A stretch of 64,000 nt of DNA. It comes from the human T2T-CHM13v2.0 reference genome, Homo sapiens. The DNA lies in the NCBI RefSeq assembly GCF_009914755.1, contig NC_060936.1; one strand, 5' to 3'. The notes below the pieces were generated by a model. That model saw only the letters and a list, made by a program, of their open reading frames with translations. It was not told the DNA's origin and searched no databases. Below are positions 40,861 through 54,996 of this stretch, piece by piece. Position 1 is the stretch's first letter. The number at the start of each line of letters is the position of its first letter. A program made the position numbers and the translations under genes.

Positions 40861-43800
40861 CCAGTACCGCCAGGGAGGGACTCAGGAGAGCAAGCGGTTT
40901 GGAGTCTGGGGGTCAAGAGAGGGGACCTCAGAGAACACAGAATTACTTGAGGGCGAGGGACACTGGCCACTGCCTATCATGTCCCTGAAGGCCTGAGAAA
41001 AGTTAGGAGATCCAAAAATATGAGGAAAGAGAAGAGGTGTCTGGGTAGGCATGGAGGGGCATGCAGAGCTGTGGCTCAAACTGGAACTTTGGGGTGGTTT
41101 AAGGAGGCTGTCACTCTAGGGATGCCATTGGAAGGGTGAGAAAGGCCACAAAGAGGTCATCAGTGGTTCCCTCAGGCCTTTCCCTCAAGAGTCCCAGGCA
41201 CCTGGGAGCCTGCCCTTTAAAAGCAGCTCCGTAGTCACAATATAGGTCTACAGTTTGAGGCTGTGCTGCTGGGGAAACAGGCTCAGTAGAAGGAAACCTC
41301 TGAACTCCTGAGCAAAAAAGCCAGGGTTTCCCCTAGTTCGGAGTCTGTAATCAAGTCAAACTCATTGGCACAGCTTTGAGACAGTTCTGTGGCAGCCTCC
41401 GAGAGGTGTCATGCAGAGGTCTGATTAGAGCGTTTGCGTGGTTTGTAGGGAAACAGGGGGGGCTGTGCCTTTCTGTGCTGAGATCTAGCATAAAGAAGCT
41501 GTTTCAAGCTCCTGGCTTGCCACGCCGGATCAGAATTCCAAGGAGGCCCTGTGTGTTTTGCTTCAGATCTGCACATTTCTTTTCAAAATACTACTCGGCA
41601 GTGGCTGATGCTGGTGGAGGTCTGACATGAAGGCAGCCGCACATGGATTTGGGTTGCGTGGTGCTGCTGTGGTGGGGCCATAGGGCAGTGGTGTGTGGCT
41701 TTGTTCCTGCAGGGAGCCCTCGTTAGCCGAGTTAGCTGGAAACAGTTCTCTGGAGTAGAGATGTGGATGCAGAGCCGTGAGAGTTAGTGAGGCGATGTGT
41801 CAGGGGAGTTCACTGCAGTGCTTTGTGTTAATGAGGAGGTGTAGGCTGCCAGGGCACGAGTGGTCTTTGGATTGGGGCTGGGTTGCAGCAGGAATGCTGG
41901 GTTGTTGAATGGGTGATACCAATTCATTCATTTATCAATTATTTCTTGAGCATTTATTAAGGAAACCTTCAGGGGTTTCCTTAGTTCCTGTGGTTTGTTT
42001 GTTCAGACATTTGCTAGACACCAGGAAGACAACAGTGAACCAGATAGCCAGGGCCCTGGCTGTACCTAGCAGTTTGGAAGGGTAGGTCATTGGCCTAGAA
42101 TCATACACTTTCTGGTTACTCAGTTTGCAGCTGATCTGACTCAGCTCCTGAAAAAAAAAAAAAAAAAGAGTCCTTTCTTTCCTGTCTTGCAGAATTTGCC
42201 TACATGAGCCCTTTCTGAGCTCCGAGCATTGTAGCGACGTGCTTTTGTTTCTCCTTCTAATTTCTCAGTCATTAAGTGAATTCTCCGGCCCAATGTTCTG
42301 AAATGTCACCAGGGTCACCTGAGTCAGGAGGAGCTGGAAGTTCCCATCAAATATTTACTACCTCCCTGTGGAAGCTCTTGCCTCTCAGCTGCGGGCTTTT
42401 ACTTTAAAGCCCAGCACATTCAGTTTGGGCTTCCATCTGACACCTCGAAGTCATCTACGTGAGCAACAACAGCAAACCCAGGCTGGGACTTTCGTGTCAG
42501 AGCCTCCAGTCTCCTGTGACAGAGAGGAATTAATCTTTTCTTCCCTTTTCTCCGTATTGAGATTTCTGTCCTTAGAGGCAGGGTCAGAACCAAGAGAAGG
42601 CAGATGGGGTTCTGAATACAGAAACTTTTAGTTAAGATCTGCTTAGAGAAAAATACAGCCCTGGGGAAGTATATTTTTCATGACTCCCCAAGTTTCATTT
42701 GTTTTTAACTTAAGTGAATTGCTTAACCTCATTAAGTCTATTTCTTTTTTAAAAAATATATTTTATAATAGAGACAGGGTCTCACTATGTTGCCCGGGCA
42801 GTCTGGAAATCCTGGGCTCAAGTGATCCACCTGTTTCAGCCTCCCAAAGTGCTGGGATGACAGGCATGAGCCACCGTGCTTGGCCAAGTCTATTTCTTTA
42901 CCTGCAATGTAGGGATCATCAGGGTGCTTGGGAGATTAAATGAGATACGGAGAGATAGAGAGAGCTTGGCCCAGGCCTGGCACGGAGCCCTTGCTAACTC
43001 TATCAGTGTTAGTTATTCTTCTTCTTTGTTGTTATTGTTGATTAACTACCAAGGCCTTCTTCCTTTTCATTTGTAATAGTCTCAGAGAGCCAGTGTTCAG
43101 AATCACACTGAAGGCACAAAGATGAATTCCTACCTTAAAGGAAACAGGGATGAAAACTCTCCCAGTGACCTCATAGAGCATCCTTATTGCATATGCATGG
43201 AGACAGCGTGGTTTTGAGGCTAAGGTGTGGAATGGTGGCTTGGGAGACAGCAGAGATGCAAGTTCTAATCCTGGCTCTGTCACTTTCGATCTCTGTGTCC
43301 TTGGGCATGTTATTTTCTCTCTCTGGTCTTGGTTTCTTCATCCAGGAATGAGATTGACAAAAACTGCTTTGCAGTTATTAGGAGGCTTACACAAGATTAA
43401 GGATATCAAATGCCTGGCTCATAGTGAGTGCTGGATAAAGGGCAGCCTTCATTAATGTTATTGCTATTATTAATAGGGTAATTGAATGAGGGCCTGGGTA
43501 AGGTACTTTGAAAGCTGATTCTGAGCCAGGTGAGGATGGCTATTAAGGGAAGGAGCTGAATGTCAAAGGATCTTCCGTACTCCCTCTTTGTGGCCAGCTA
43601 AGGACATGCCACCCAGCTGTCTAGAGAAGATGTGATGTCAGAAATTAACTCGGCAGAGGCATGATGACATGGGGCTTTAGGTCTTGGAAGACTATTTTAA
43701 GAAACAGGCTTTCTGCTCCTTACCCTGAGCTTGAGAAGAAACATGCCTTGTGGAGGAGGCAAATGTGGATAAAACCCACAGCTCTGTCCCATCCTTCCCA

Positions 43801-44686
43801 TTTTTCCAGCTGTAGAAACACGTCTCCTAATACAGATAGGCTATCCCTGTTCCCATACTGCTTTGCACATAGCAGGATCACAGTATTTAATGAATGAATG
43901 AATGAGTGAATGAATGGTATCACCAGCCTCCGGACTTCAGAGGCTTCCTTAGCTCCTGTGGTTTGTTTGTTTATTTTGAGACACAGTGTCACTCTGTCAC
44001 CCAGACTAGAGTGCAGTGGTATGATCTTGGCTCACTGCAACCTCTGCCTCCAAGATTCAAGCCATTCACGTGCTTCAGCCTCCTGAATAGCTGGAATTAC
44101 AGGTGCCTGCCACCGCACCTGGCTAATTTTTGTATTGTTAGTAGAGATGGAGTTTCACCACGTTGGCCAGGCTGGTCTCGAACTCCTGACCTCAAGTGAT
44201 CCATCCGCCTCAACCTCCCAAAGTGCTGGGATTACAGGAGTGAGCTACCACGCCCGGCCAGTTCCTGTGGTTGAGATGGGGAGAGAGGCCATGGTGGTTT
44301 GGGTCATGGATTTAATTGCACTAAGCCTAGGTTCCTAAGATAGGGCTGTGTCTATTCCTCACTCCTACTCCAGTCATGTGTCTCCCTCCTTCTCTCTGAG
44401 AGGGCTTGGAGCCCCTATAGGCTTTCTCTGGGGCCTGGGGAGAGGGAAAGTGAGGGTCAGCTTGTGGTTAACATCAGCCACAGGTGATAGGAGTGGCTTG
44501 GAGTCAGTTCAGTGAGAGCCTCCAGGAGGTCAGCCTTTACCTCCAGCTGTTTTTGAGAGGCAACAATAGCACTTGAGGCCTCAGTCTAGAGCCCACTGCA
44601 CAGTGGACAAAGTGTCTTCTTATCTTCACAGCTACCTGTGAAGGTTAGCATCATCAACTCCCCCCAACCCCACCACAACAATTTTA

Positions 44687-45109
<423 letters not shown>

Positions 45110-46782
45110 TCAGGAGGATTGCTTGAGCCCAAGAGTTTGAGGCTGCAGTGAACTATGATTGCACCACTGTACTCTAGCCACAGTGACAGAGTGAGACCCT
45201 GTCTCTAAAAATAAGTAAATAAGTAGGTGGCAGGACTGTGCTGAGAATTGTGGTCTGCCTGCCTCCGAAAATACCTGCCTGTTCTGTGTGTGCCATGCTG
45301 CTTTGGTGGGAGGTCACATAAGTGTGTTCCCTGTTCGTCAGAAGCATCTGCAAAGCACCTCTCACGTTACAGTCCAGCTTTCCCTGAGTGTCTTAGTACC
45401 GGGCTGTCATCCAAGTTCAAAGGCTGGTGATAGTTCAAATGCTGGTGATAGAACTGACCAGCGCCAAAGGCCAGCCTCCCTTCTAATCAGGAATAATCAG
45501 CAATGAGTTTATCCTTCTCATCCCTCTGATCCTATCATTCCATTCCAGCACTCAAAGTAGGGCTTCCGGAGGCCCAAGGGCTGCTGCCACAGTGGATAGA
45601 GATGGGAGGTGAGGGCATACAACATGCTTCACTCCTTACAGGAAGCCCCCACCGTTCAGCCTTTTTTGTTTTTTGTTTTGTTTTGAAGAGACAAGGTCTT
45701 GCTCTGTCACCCAGGCTGGAGTGCAGGGTACAATCATAGCTCACTGCAGCCTCAAACTCCTGGGCTCAAGTGATCCTCCTGCCCTAGCCTCCTGAGTATC
45801 TATGACCAGGGGCACAGCTGCCATGCCTGGCTAATTTTAAAATTTTTAATAGAGATGGGGTCTTGCTATGTTGCCCAGGCTGGTCTTGAACTCCTGGCCT
45901 CAACTGATCCTCCCACCTCAGCCTCTTGAAGTGCTGGGATTACAGGCATAAGCCGCCATACCCAGCTGTTCAGCCCTTTTAAAATTTCCTACTGAAGGCT
46001 GAGCCCTCTGTCCCTCCTGCCTATCTGCCCGGCTCAAGTTAGCTTAAGTAAGCTTTAAAGCACGTCGAAATCCCTGGATCCCTTGCTATCCTCAAACCTC
46101 AAGGTAGTATCAGCTCCTGCACCTGCCCCCAAAGCAGGATGGGATTTCTTCAAAGTGTGTGATTTTTCCATAGGGACCAGGTTTTGCCGGCTCCTGTCTC
46201 CTGTTTCCAACGACAGAGGCATATCCCAAGGTCGACAAGTGGGTGCTATGCCCGGACTGGCCTGCAGGGGGCAGGAACCACCAGATTTGACTGAGTTGAT
46301 GCCCTGCTGAATAAATGGATGCCACGCTTGGCCCTTTAATACCAATGCTGGGCAGGGGAAGACGGCGCTTTCTAGATGCTTGGCACAGTGCCAAGCCCTT
46401 TGCATGTATTATCTCATTAGCTCCTCACAAGAGCCCTGTGGGAGGTGCTATTAGAATCCCTATTTTATAAATGAAGAAACTGAAGCCGAGAAAGATCAAC
46501 ATGTCCTCTAGGCCACATGGTTACTGAGCAGCAGACAAGATTTTTTTTTTTTTTTTAAATAGAGATGAGGTCTCACTATGTTGTCCAGGCTGGTCTCGAA
46601 CTCCTGGGCTCAATGATCCTCCTGCCTTGGCCTCCAAGGATTACAGGTGTGAGCCACCATGCCCGGCCCAGGATATGATTTGAATCCAAGTCAGCGTGAC
46701 TCCTCAGTCCAAGCCTTTTTTTTTTTTTTTTTTTTTTTTTGAGATGAAGTCTCACTCTGTCGCTCAGCCTGGAGTGCAATGA

Positions 46783-47208
<426 letters not shown>

Positions 47209-48899
47209 TTTATGCTGTGCTGTTTTGGCCTTTACATATATCCACCCATTCATACCTGGACCTTAACCTGAGCTTCCCTCTGGGGTCCCTAGTGAGCACT
47301 ATTGTTTCAAAGGAACCTACATATGGTCTATTTTCTAGATTTTGCCTGCAAGTCTTTCCTGATCCCCTAGACTCAGACAGATTCCCCTCACTCACATTCC
47401 CAGAGTTTTTGTGTTTTCCCTTCATAGCATTTATCTGAAATGTAATCAGATAACTGTGTCCCAGCTCTAATATCTCCTGCCCACCTGCTAGAATGTAAGC
47501 GTCCTGAAATCAGGAACTGTGTTTCTCTTATCCCCCAACAACGTTCCCAGAGCCAAGCACGGTGCCTGACATTTCTCCACTGGACAAGTGATACTTCTTT
47601 CTTCCATTTAAATAATTACTGATCCAGTAGCTATTCGGTGTCTTACACTTTCTCATGTATGCTATATAAGCAAGCTAGGAAAAGCCCCATTTTTCCAGTG
47701 GCGGAAACTGAAGTTCAGGAATGGGAGGCAGCCACCCAGTCAGAAGCTGGCAGCGCTGGGCATGGTGTCTCATGTCTGTAATCCCAGCACTTCGGGAGGC
47801 CAAGGCAGGTGGATCACCTGAGGTCAGGAGTTCAAGAGTAGCCTGTTCAACATGGTGAAACCCCATCTCTACTAAAAATACAAAAATTAGCCAGGCATGA
47901 AGTTGTGCGTCTGTAATCCTAGCTACTCGGGAGGCTGAGCCAGGAGAATCGCTTCAACCCAGGAGGCAGAGGTTGCAGTGAGCTGAGATTGCGGCACTGC
48001 ACTCCAGCCTGGGCAACAGAGCAAGACACTGTCTAAAAAAAAAAAAAAAAGAAGCTGGCAGAGCTAGACTCAACCCCAGACCTCCCCGTCCTTCCCATTC
48101 ATTGGAGTCCACTGACCCCTGCCTGGGCCTGCTTCCTTCATGCTGTTTCCAGGAGACACGCATCATCACCCTCTTTTCTGTTCTTTAGTCATCAATACCC
48201 GCCCCCCAGGCTCCTCCTCCTCCATCTCCCCCTCCAGAGGTTTGGCCCAAACAAGGCTGCTGAGTAACTCCCCTGATTAAACCATTGCGTGGTTGTCAGC
48301 AGCAGCACCGGGGAGGTCCAGGAGTTATCCAGGGACCTCCTTCCCAGCTCCCTAGGAGTGAGCACCCTCTGGGCAGCGCCCCCACCCATCTTCCTAACAG
48401 GAGTTCTGAGCAGCCCCCCCACACGGGAGAAAAGTTCCTGGGAAAGGAGGCTCTCCGGGCTGAAAACTGAGCTAGCGTGCAAGAATGGGCTTGGGAGGAG
48501 TTCTGCTTCCAGTCTATCTCTGGTGCCCCCTGCTGGAAAAAGCTGGGTGCAGGAAACAGGGACACTTGCACGCGGGGAATCTGGCTGGGGCTGTAGGTCT
48601 CAAACCGGACATCTGAGGCGTGAGATGAATTCATATCAAAGCCGACCCTGGAGGGACGAGGAAGAGCCAGTCATCTAAAAAGCTCCAGCTGTGGGACCTC
48701 GAAGAGCGCTTCGTAAAGGGCTTCTTCTCTGCCCGGCACCCCAAGGAAGCTGGGGAGAGGTCTTTGCTGTGGATGAGGCAGGGGGCGAGGAGGAGGAGGT
48801 TCAGAGACCTTTTGCTCATGCCCTCTCTGCCTGCGCTGCCTCCGTCATGCTCCCCTCGGGGCCATCTCCTGGTTTCCTTCGGGTCAGAGAAATTGCACA

Positions 48900-49792
48900 C
48901 AGAGCAGAAGGATCTGATCTGACTGTTGGCTCATCTGCACTGCCGGCCCCCGAGCCTCGTCCCATTTCAGTGACAAGGCAAGTGTGAAAAATGGAGCATG
49001 ATGGAGGCGTCACCAGACCTCCCAGGCTCTCGACTGGAGCCGCAGCTCTCAATGCAGCTGGAATTGCCAGGGGCAGTGAGTGCTTGTCCAGCTCACTGCT
49101 CTTTGGAAGGGGCATTCATCTCCCTGAGCGCTTGTGTGTGCATGCATGTGTGTGTGTGTTTGTGCGCGCGTGTGTGTGTGCATGCACGTTTGTGTGTGTG
49201 TGTGTGCGCGCGCGCACACACACAAGGCTGGGAGCTGTGCGGCAGGCACCCTGGCTTCGGGAACCCAAACTAGCCAGCTTCCCTTTCTGGGCCTGCTGGC
49301 CTAATTCCCAGCCGCAGCTGCCATTCTGGGCCCCCCTCCCTGAGGCCATCTCCCTGCAGATTTGGCAGCGGGGAAAGGAGGGGCCGAGAGAAGGGGAGAG
49401 AACCAGAGACAGGACTGAGCGCTAATCTGATGTAGATGATCCGGCAGCCTTCTCCAGCTTGGTTCCCCTCTGCCATCAGCTCTCCAGGTGACTTTCCCTG
49501 TGCCCTGCACTCTCCCCTTCTGCTTTCATCTCCTTAAGAAAGTGCCCAGAAAGTTAAACCCACACACAAACACACACACAATCCACCCAAAAAAAAAAAA
49601 AATCGGAGAGCAGGAGCAGGCAGACGAGTAAGAGAGCACGCGCGCAAGAGAGGGCTCACATCCGTCCTGGAGGAAGAACGGCACAGACGGAGGGAGGCTG
49701 GGGTTGGCAGAGACTGGGACGGAAGTCCCTCAGTCCCCCAGGAGCCTCCTTCATGGACCCGGGGATCCCAAGAGGGGCTGCCTCAACTTAGG
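48900..49792 (+). promoter_or_regulatory. Probable alternative promoter and 5' UTR of L/S-CaBP1
   Basis: Interspersed-repeat-free sequence directly upstream of the 49793 ATG exon, with no obvious polypyrimidine/AG acceptor just before it. The TSS cannot be fixed from sequence. Confidence 0.6.
49133..49224. repeat. Compound (TG)n(CG)n(CA)n microsatellite
   Basis: Alternating purine-pyrimidine tract read directly. Confidence 0.95.
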
Positions 49793-49837
49793 ATGGGCAA
49801 CTGTGTCAAGTATCCACTGAGAAATCTCTCAAGGAAG
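49793..49837 (+). CDS. CABP1: CABP1 alternative first coding exon of L- and S-CaBP1 (MGNCVKYPLRNLSRK; N-myristoylation Gly2)
   Basis: ATG at 49793, 15 codons, donor AAG|GTATGT at 49838, phase 0. Peptide recognised as the L/S-CaBP1 N-terminus. Confidence 0.95.
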
Positions 49838-52800
49838 GTATGTTTTTGGAGTTTCCAAGATCTGGGGCTGGGGATTGGGGGTATCTCACCATCTGTCTCA
49901 GAGGTTGGGCACAGAAAGGGTGGCTGGAGCTTGCTATCCTTCCCAGGGGTTCTGTCCAGGGCTGCCTCCCTGCTTCTACCCCAAACACCCTCCTATTGCC
50001 GTTTTCTGTGTCCCAGGCTTTGGGCATGGCGGTCGGGGTGAAACTGTGTTTGGGAATTTGCACAAGGCTTAGGAAAGAAACTGTGTAGCTTTGGGGTTTC
50101 TAGGATGTAAAATGAAAAGGGTGGATCCTTAAGATGTCAGTGAACTTGACTGGCACCTCAGTCATTCAAGGGACTGGCCAAGTCCCTTAAAACCGGCAGA
50201 ATCTGAAGACCCTTCCCAGCAGCAAGGGCAGGGACTCGTTCATATCCTTTGAGGGTCTGTGAGCCTCTCTGATGGCCTCTAAGCCTTCAGAATTGTGGAT
50301 TTTGAAGTAGATCCCATTGCTACTGAAAGGAACCAAACAACAATAATTCTTCCCCAATAATTCTTGAGTTAAGTCAGAGTATCTCAAATAGGACCCGAGT
50401 GGTTTTAGGGCCCAGGAGTTTTTCCATTAAGAAGTAGGCTGCCCGGGTGATGTGTTGAGCAGGGGTTGCATGTAAGTCACTTTCTGTGGTGGCTTTATCG
50501 CCATACACTTGGATTTGTTTTTGTTTTTGCAAAAATTCCTTTTAGAAAGAACATGATCATCTCTAAAGCATCTTTCATGCAAGGCTGGGTTTGCACCTAT
50601 AGGGTTTTGGGTTAGGTGGGCTCTGCGTATTTTTCTAGCCCTCTGTTGCCAGGCCATAGAAGAGACTCAGGTATTATTTAAAGGAAGAGGGAATGATGGC
50701 GTTGTTTTCCTCCAATTCTTCCATTTTCCAGACAAGGAACTTGATTGACATTCAGAGGGAGGGGTTAAGTGACTTACCTATGGCCTCGGGTGAGCTATTG
50801 GCGTCTGTATCCCCAACCCCATCCTATCTTGGTCAGTTTACCAGCCTCTCAATTTAGGACACTTTGGGCTTTTCTGCCTGTCGTCTTCCTCATTTGGCTA
50901 AGCTGCTCACATCAAATTCCTTCTAATCTTTGCTGTTCCTTAGATCCTTCCAAGGGCTTGTTGTTTCTTCCATGCACGCCTCCCCCATAATCTGGTATCT
51001 TCTTAGGGGAGTCTTCTGCATCGGAAGTGCCCTCCGCGCTGTCCCAGAGAAGCAGAAAGTGATCTGAATTAGCCCTTGTAATAGGTTCCATCCAGAGCTT
51101 GAGGAAGTGAACTTAAGAACAAGGATTATCCTTCTGTCCCACCCATCTTCCCTTACACAACAGCATGCTTAAGAGTCAGATTACACAGGCCTCCTCTTTC
51201 TGGCCATGTGACCTTAGACAGATTACTTAACCTCTCTGTTCCTCGATTCCCTTGTCCATCCATCAATTGGGCATACTAATATCCACCTCTTAAGGTGATT
51301 CTGGGAATGAAATAAAGTGCTGTGCACAGTGCCTGGCCTATAGTAGTCAATAAATGTTAGTATTCTTGTCATCATAACCATAATTGTTCCACTCTGGGTT
51401 TTAGAGAAGCGGGATGGAGGAGAAACAGGAAATAGGAGAGATTTTCAGTCCACAGAGTAAAAGATAAAAAAACTTACTGCAGTCAATTTCGTGTTTCTAT
51501 CATAGTATTAATAATTGCTTTTTTTTTTTTCTAAATATCTGCAACATACCTAATGTCTGTTATCTCATTTTCTCTTTTCCGCTACATAGTTCTTTTGGCT
51601 GTTTTATAGAGAAAGAAGCTGGACTCAGAGATAGAGCCTTCCTAAGGTTACACAGTCGATAGGAAGCAGAGCTGGGATTTAAACCCTGGTCTGTGTAAAA
51701 TCAGAGCTGGCATTTTATTTTTATTTTTTCCTCTACGAGAGGCTGCCTCTCTCTTTCCCCTGCTGTCAGAAATGTTATTCATAGATTTCTGGATCTGACC
51801 TTAGAAGTCGTCTAGTCCAAATTCCCGCTCAGCGCATCAGTCCCCTCCCCGCTCACCAGGCACTCCCTCATTCGGCTTCTCCTTGAAGACATTCATTCGG
51901 CAAGAGGGAGCTTTGATGTGCATACTCTTGGCCAGCTTGTATTATTAGAAAGCTGTTAGGTCATGAGGCACACTTGCCCCTCCTGTTGCCATGCCACACT
52001 TAGGAGACGTTGCCTTGGTGCCAGGAGAAATTGTCGGTCCATGGGTTGCTGCCCACTTGGCTTCCTGAGCGGTATCTGGGGAACTGGAAATGGTGAGAGG
52101 CAGCCTGCACCAGGCTCAGAGCTGGGCAGGACCAGGCTGTCAGGTGCCATCATTGGCCAGAAAAGAATTGCAGCCTCTGGGGCAACTTGGTGTTAGGCAG
52201 TATTATGATCAAGAGATGCAGTGGAAATTCCCCAGCTACCACTCTCCATTCTTCATGGGAGCAAATTCCTCTCCATCCTTCTCATTTCTTTCCTGATTGG
52301 CAGATGCTCCCCCACTTCCTCTGCAGCCAGAAGTAAATGCCTTCTGGCACCCAGCATCTCTTAAATTACATCACTGCCACCACCATCATCATCGCCATCA
52401 TTGCCATCACTATGGCAACTCTATTTATTCACCTCCTCTTGCCATGCCCTAGCCACCATGCAGAGCACTTTATGTGTATAACTCATTACTTGTCGCAGGA
52501 ATCCTGTGACTAGTCATGAGCATCTCCCACAGTATGGAGAAGGAAGCTGGAGCACAGAGAGGTGAAATGACCTGCCCAAGGTCACACAGCAAGCAAGTGG
52601 CAGAGCCAGAATTTGTCCCTAAGACTGTTTGAGCCCAAAGCCAGCAGGCTAAACTGCCTTTTAAAGTTTTGTTTTGTTTTGTTTTGTTTTTTGTTTTTTT
52701 GTGGTTTTGAGATGGAGTCTCGCTCTGTTACCCAAGCTGGAGTGCAGTGGCGCATCTCGGCTCACTGAAGCCTCTGCCTCCTGGGTTCAGTGATTTTCCT

Positions 52801-53792
52801 GCCTCAGCTTCCCAAGTAGCTGGGATTATGGGTGCCCGCCACCACACGCGGCTAATTTTTGTATTTTTAGTACAGACGGGGTTTCGCCATGTTGGCAGGC
52901 TGGTCTTGAACTCCCAACTTCAGGTCATCCACCCGCCTCGGCCTCCCAAAGTGCTGGGATGACAGGCATGAGCCACCACGCCCGGCCCGCCTCTTGGAGT
53001 TCTGTGCCACCTGCTACCTCCCTGCCTTCCTGGGTTATGCTATCTCTGAGCCAAGTGCAGAAGATTCAGCCAGAAACAAAAATGCTGACTCTCTGCAGAC
53101 ATCTCCTGAGACTGGTTCCTGGGGTTCGGCCAGTCACTGTTATCTCAGGCATGCTTTGATCCACTCTCCCAGATGGGAAGGTCTCTCTTGTTCTGCCTCG
53201 CTCTAGTCTTGCCTCGCTCTAGTCTAGGTCCCAGAAGTCTGAGTGAGTGAAGCCGAGGCTCTGAATCACAACTCTTTGGGATATCAAACCAGGAGGGGCT
53301 CTTGGCCTGTCTGACATCCCTCAAGTTTTGGGATCACCTAAAACAGACATTTATTGCACTCATCAAACTTGACCCTGGGACTGAGTTCCTTCACCTCCAG
53401 CCTGAGTAGCTGCTTCCTCTTTGAGGAACCGGAATACTGCACCACCCTCTCTAGGCCTGGAAGGGGCTTAGGAAGTTGGAAGGGAGTCTCGGTCTGTAGT
53501 CCCACAGGGCTTTGGGGAGAGGAAGCAGGAGAGGACACGGTGGGCAGGGGGTTGTTCTGAGTCTCAACCTGGAAGGACAGGCTGCCCCTGGGTCTTGGGA
53601 TGTTCTCCTAAGCAGGGCCTTCTTTGCCCTGGAGGAATCTGACTGCAAGTAGAATGCAGTAGGATGGAAGGATAGGGTGCGCAGACCTGCACTTCTCAGA
53701 CAAAGAGCCCTCAGGGTTTCAGCTCCTGTCGCTCCTTGGGAAGGTCCTACTCTAGCTAAATCCCCCCACATTGAAGGAAGGTATGTAAGCTC

Positions 53793-53850
53793 CAGGCCGA
53801 AGGCAGAGTGCAGGCCGAAGGCAGAGTGCAGGCCGAAGGCAGAGTGCAGG
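53793..53850. repeat. 18-bp minisatellite, 3.2 perfect copies (CAGGCCGAAGGCAGAGTG)
   Basis: Units at 53793, 53811 and 53829, partial at 53847. Confidence 0.95.
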
Positions 53851-54956
53851 AGCTGGATTCTGTAGAGGCACTGGGCATCCCGGGAGGCTGGGGAGAACTG
53901 AATGTTGTGTCTGGAAGCTGCTGTTGTCCTAAGGGGAAGGTCTGTGGGCAGTGCGGACTTTTTATAGCCGCATGGGAACCTTCAGGGCGGAGGATCGGCT
54001 GGTCAGGGCCTGGGAGCACAGCTATATTAGGTAAGCAGAGAAGGGCCCTGCCTTAGCCTCTAGAGGTCCGGCACTCTGGGCCAGGCAGGGAGCCAGGGAA
54101 GGCGGGAGGGAGGAAAAGGAGAACTGGTGGATGGCAGAGAGTGTCTAGTCTTGAAATCACAAACTGGGTGGAATCCTACCTACAGATGTGCCTTGTGTGG
54201 CCCACCCGGTGCTTTAAATCAGATCTGGTTACACTGGGCTGGAGTTAAGTAGTGCTACCTCTTCAGAGGGGTCACCATCTCAGGCTAGGTGCGGTGGCTC
54301 ACGCCTGTAATCCCAGCACTTTGGGAGGCTGAGGCAGGAGGATCACCTGAGATCAGGAGTTCGAGACCACCCTGGCCAACATGGTGAAACCCCATCTCTG
54401 CTGAAAATACGGAAAAAAAAATTAGCCAGTGTGGTGGTGGGTGCCTGTAAACCAAGCTACTCAGGAGGCTGAGGCAGGAGAATCACTTGAATCCGGGAGT
54501 CAGAGGTTGCAGTGAGCCAAGATCACGCCACTGCACTCCAGCCTGGGCGACAGAGTGCACTAGCCACACACGAAAAAGGAGGGGGCATGTTTCCACTTTG
54601 CCCCAGTCCCCACCTCTCACACCCTGCCTGCTTCATTTATGTCAGCAATGGCACCTGCATGTGCAACCTCTGGTCTGGCAGACCAGCCAAGCCTGGTCTC
54701 CATGCTGCCAGCTCCGATTGCCCTCACTGCCTTCCAGCGGGGATCTGGCTGGAGTAGGACAAGTCTGTTTGGGAGCTGGGAGGAATGACTTAGCCCTGGA
54801 GATTGACTGAATTGGGAGGTTGGGAGCATTTTGGGAAAGGATGTTGTCTCATTAGGCTCTGAGTGAACACTTCCCATTGGTGAGAATAGAAGCCCCCCGC
54901 TGCCCCTGTCTCTTCATGCACTTGGGTGTGTGATTCTGTGCATATGTATGTGCCAG

Positions 54957-54996
54957 TGCGTGCGTGCGTGTGTGTGTGTGTGTGTGTGCGCATGTG
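54957..54996. repeat. (TGCG)n(TG)n microsatellite
   Basis: TGCGTGCGTGCGTGTGTG...TGCGCATGTG read directly. Confidence 0.95.

Noticed and set aside
40495-40950. Read-through of the exon-1 ORF to 369 aa
   Set aside because: A strong donor at 40495 gives the known spliced protein. The intronic continuation is GC-rich and featureless.
42150-42200. A17 run followed by a strong-looking acceptor (TCCTTTCTTTCCTGTCTTGCAG)
   Set aside because: No convincing paired donor or frame-compatible exon found by eye.
53793-53850. Direct repeats considered as CRISPR-like
   Set aside because: No spacers and a eukaryotic context. This is a simple minisatellite.
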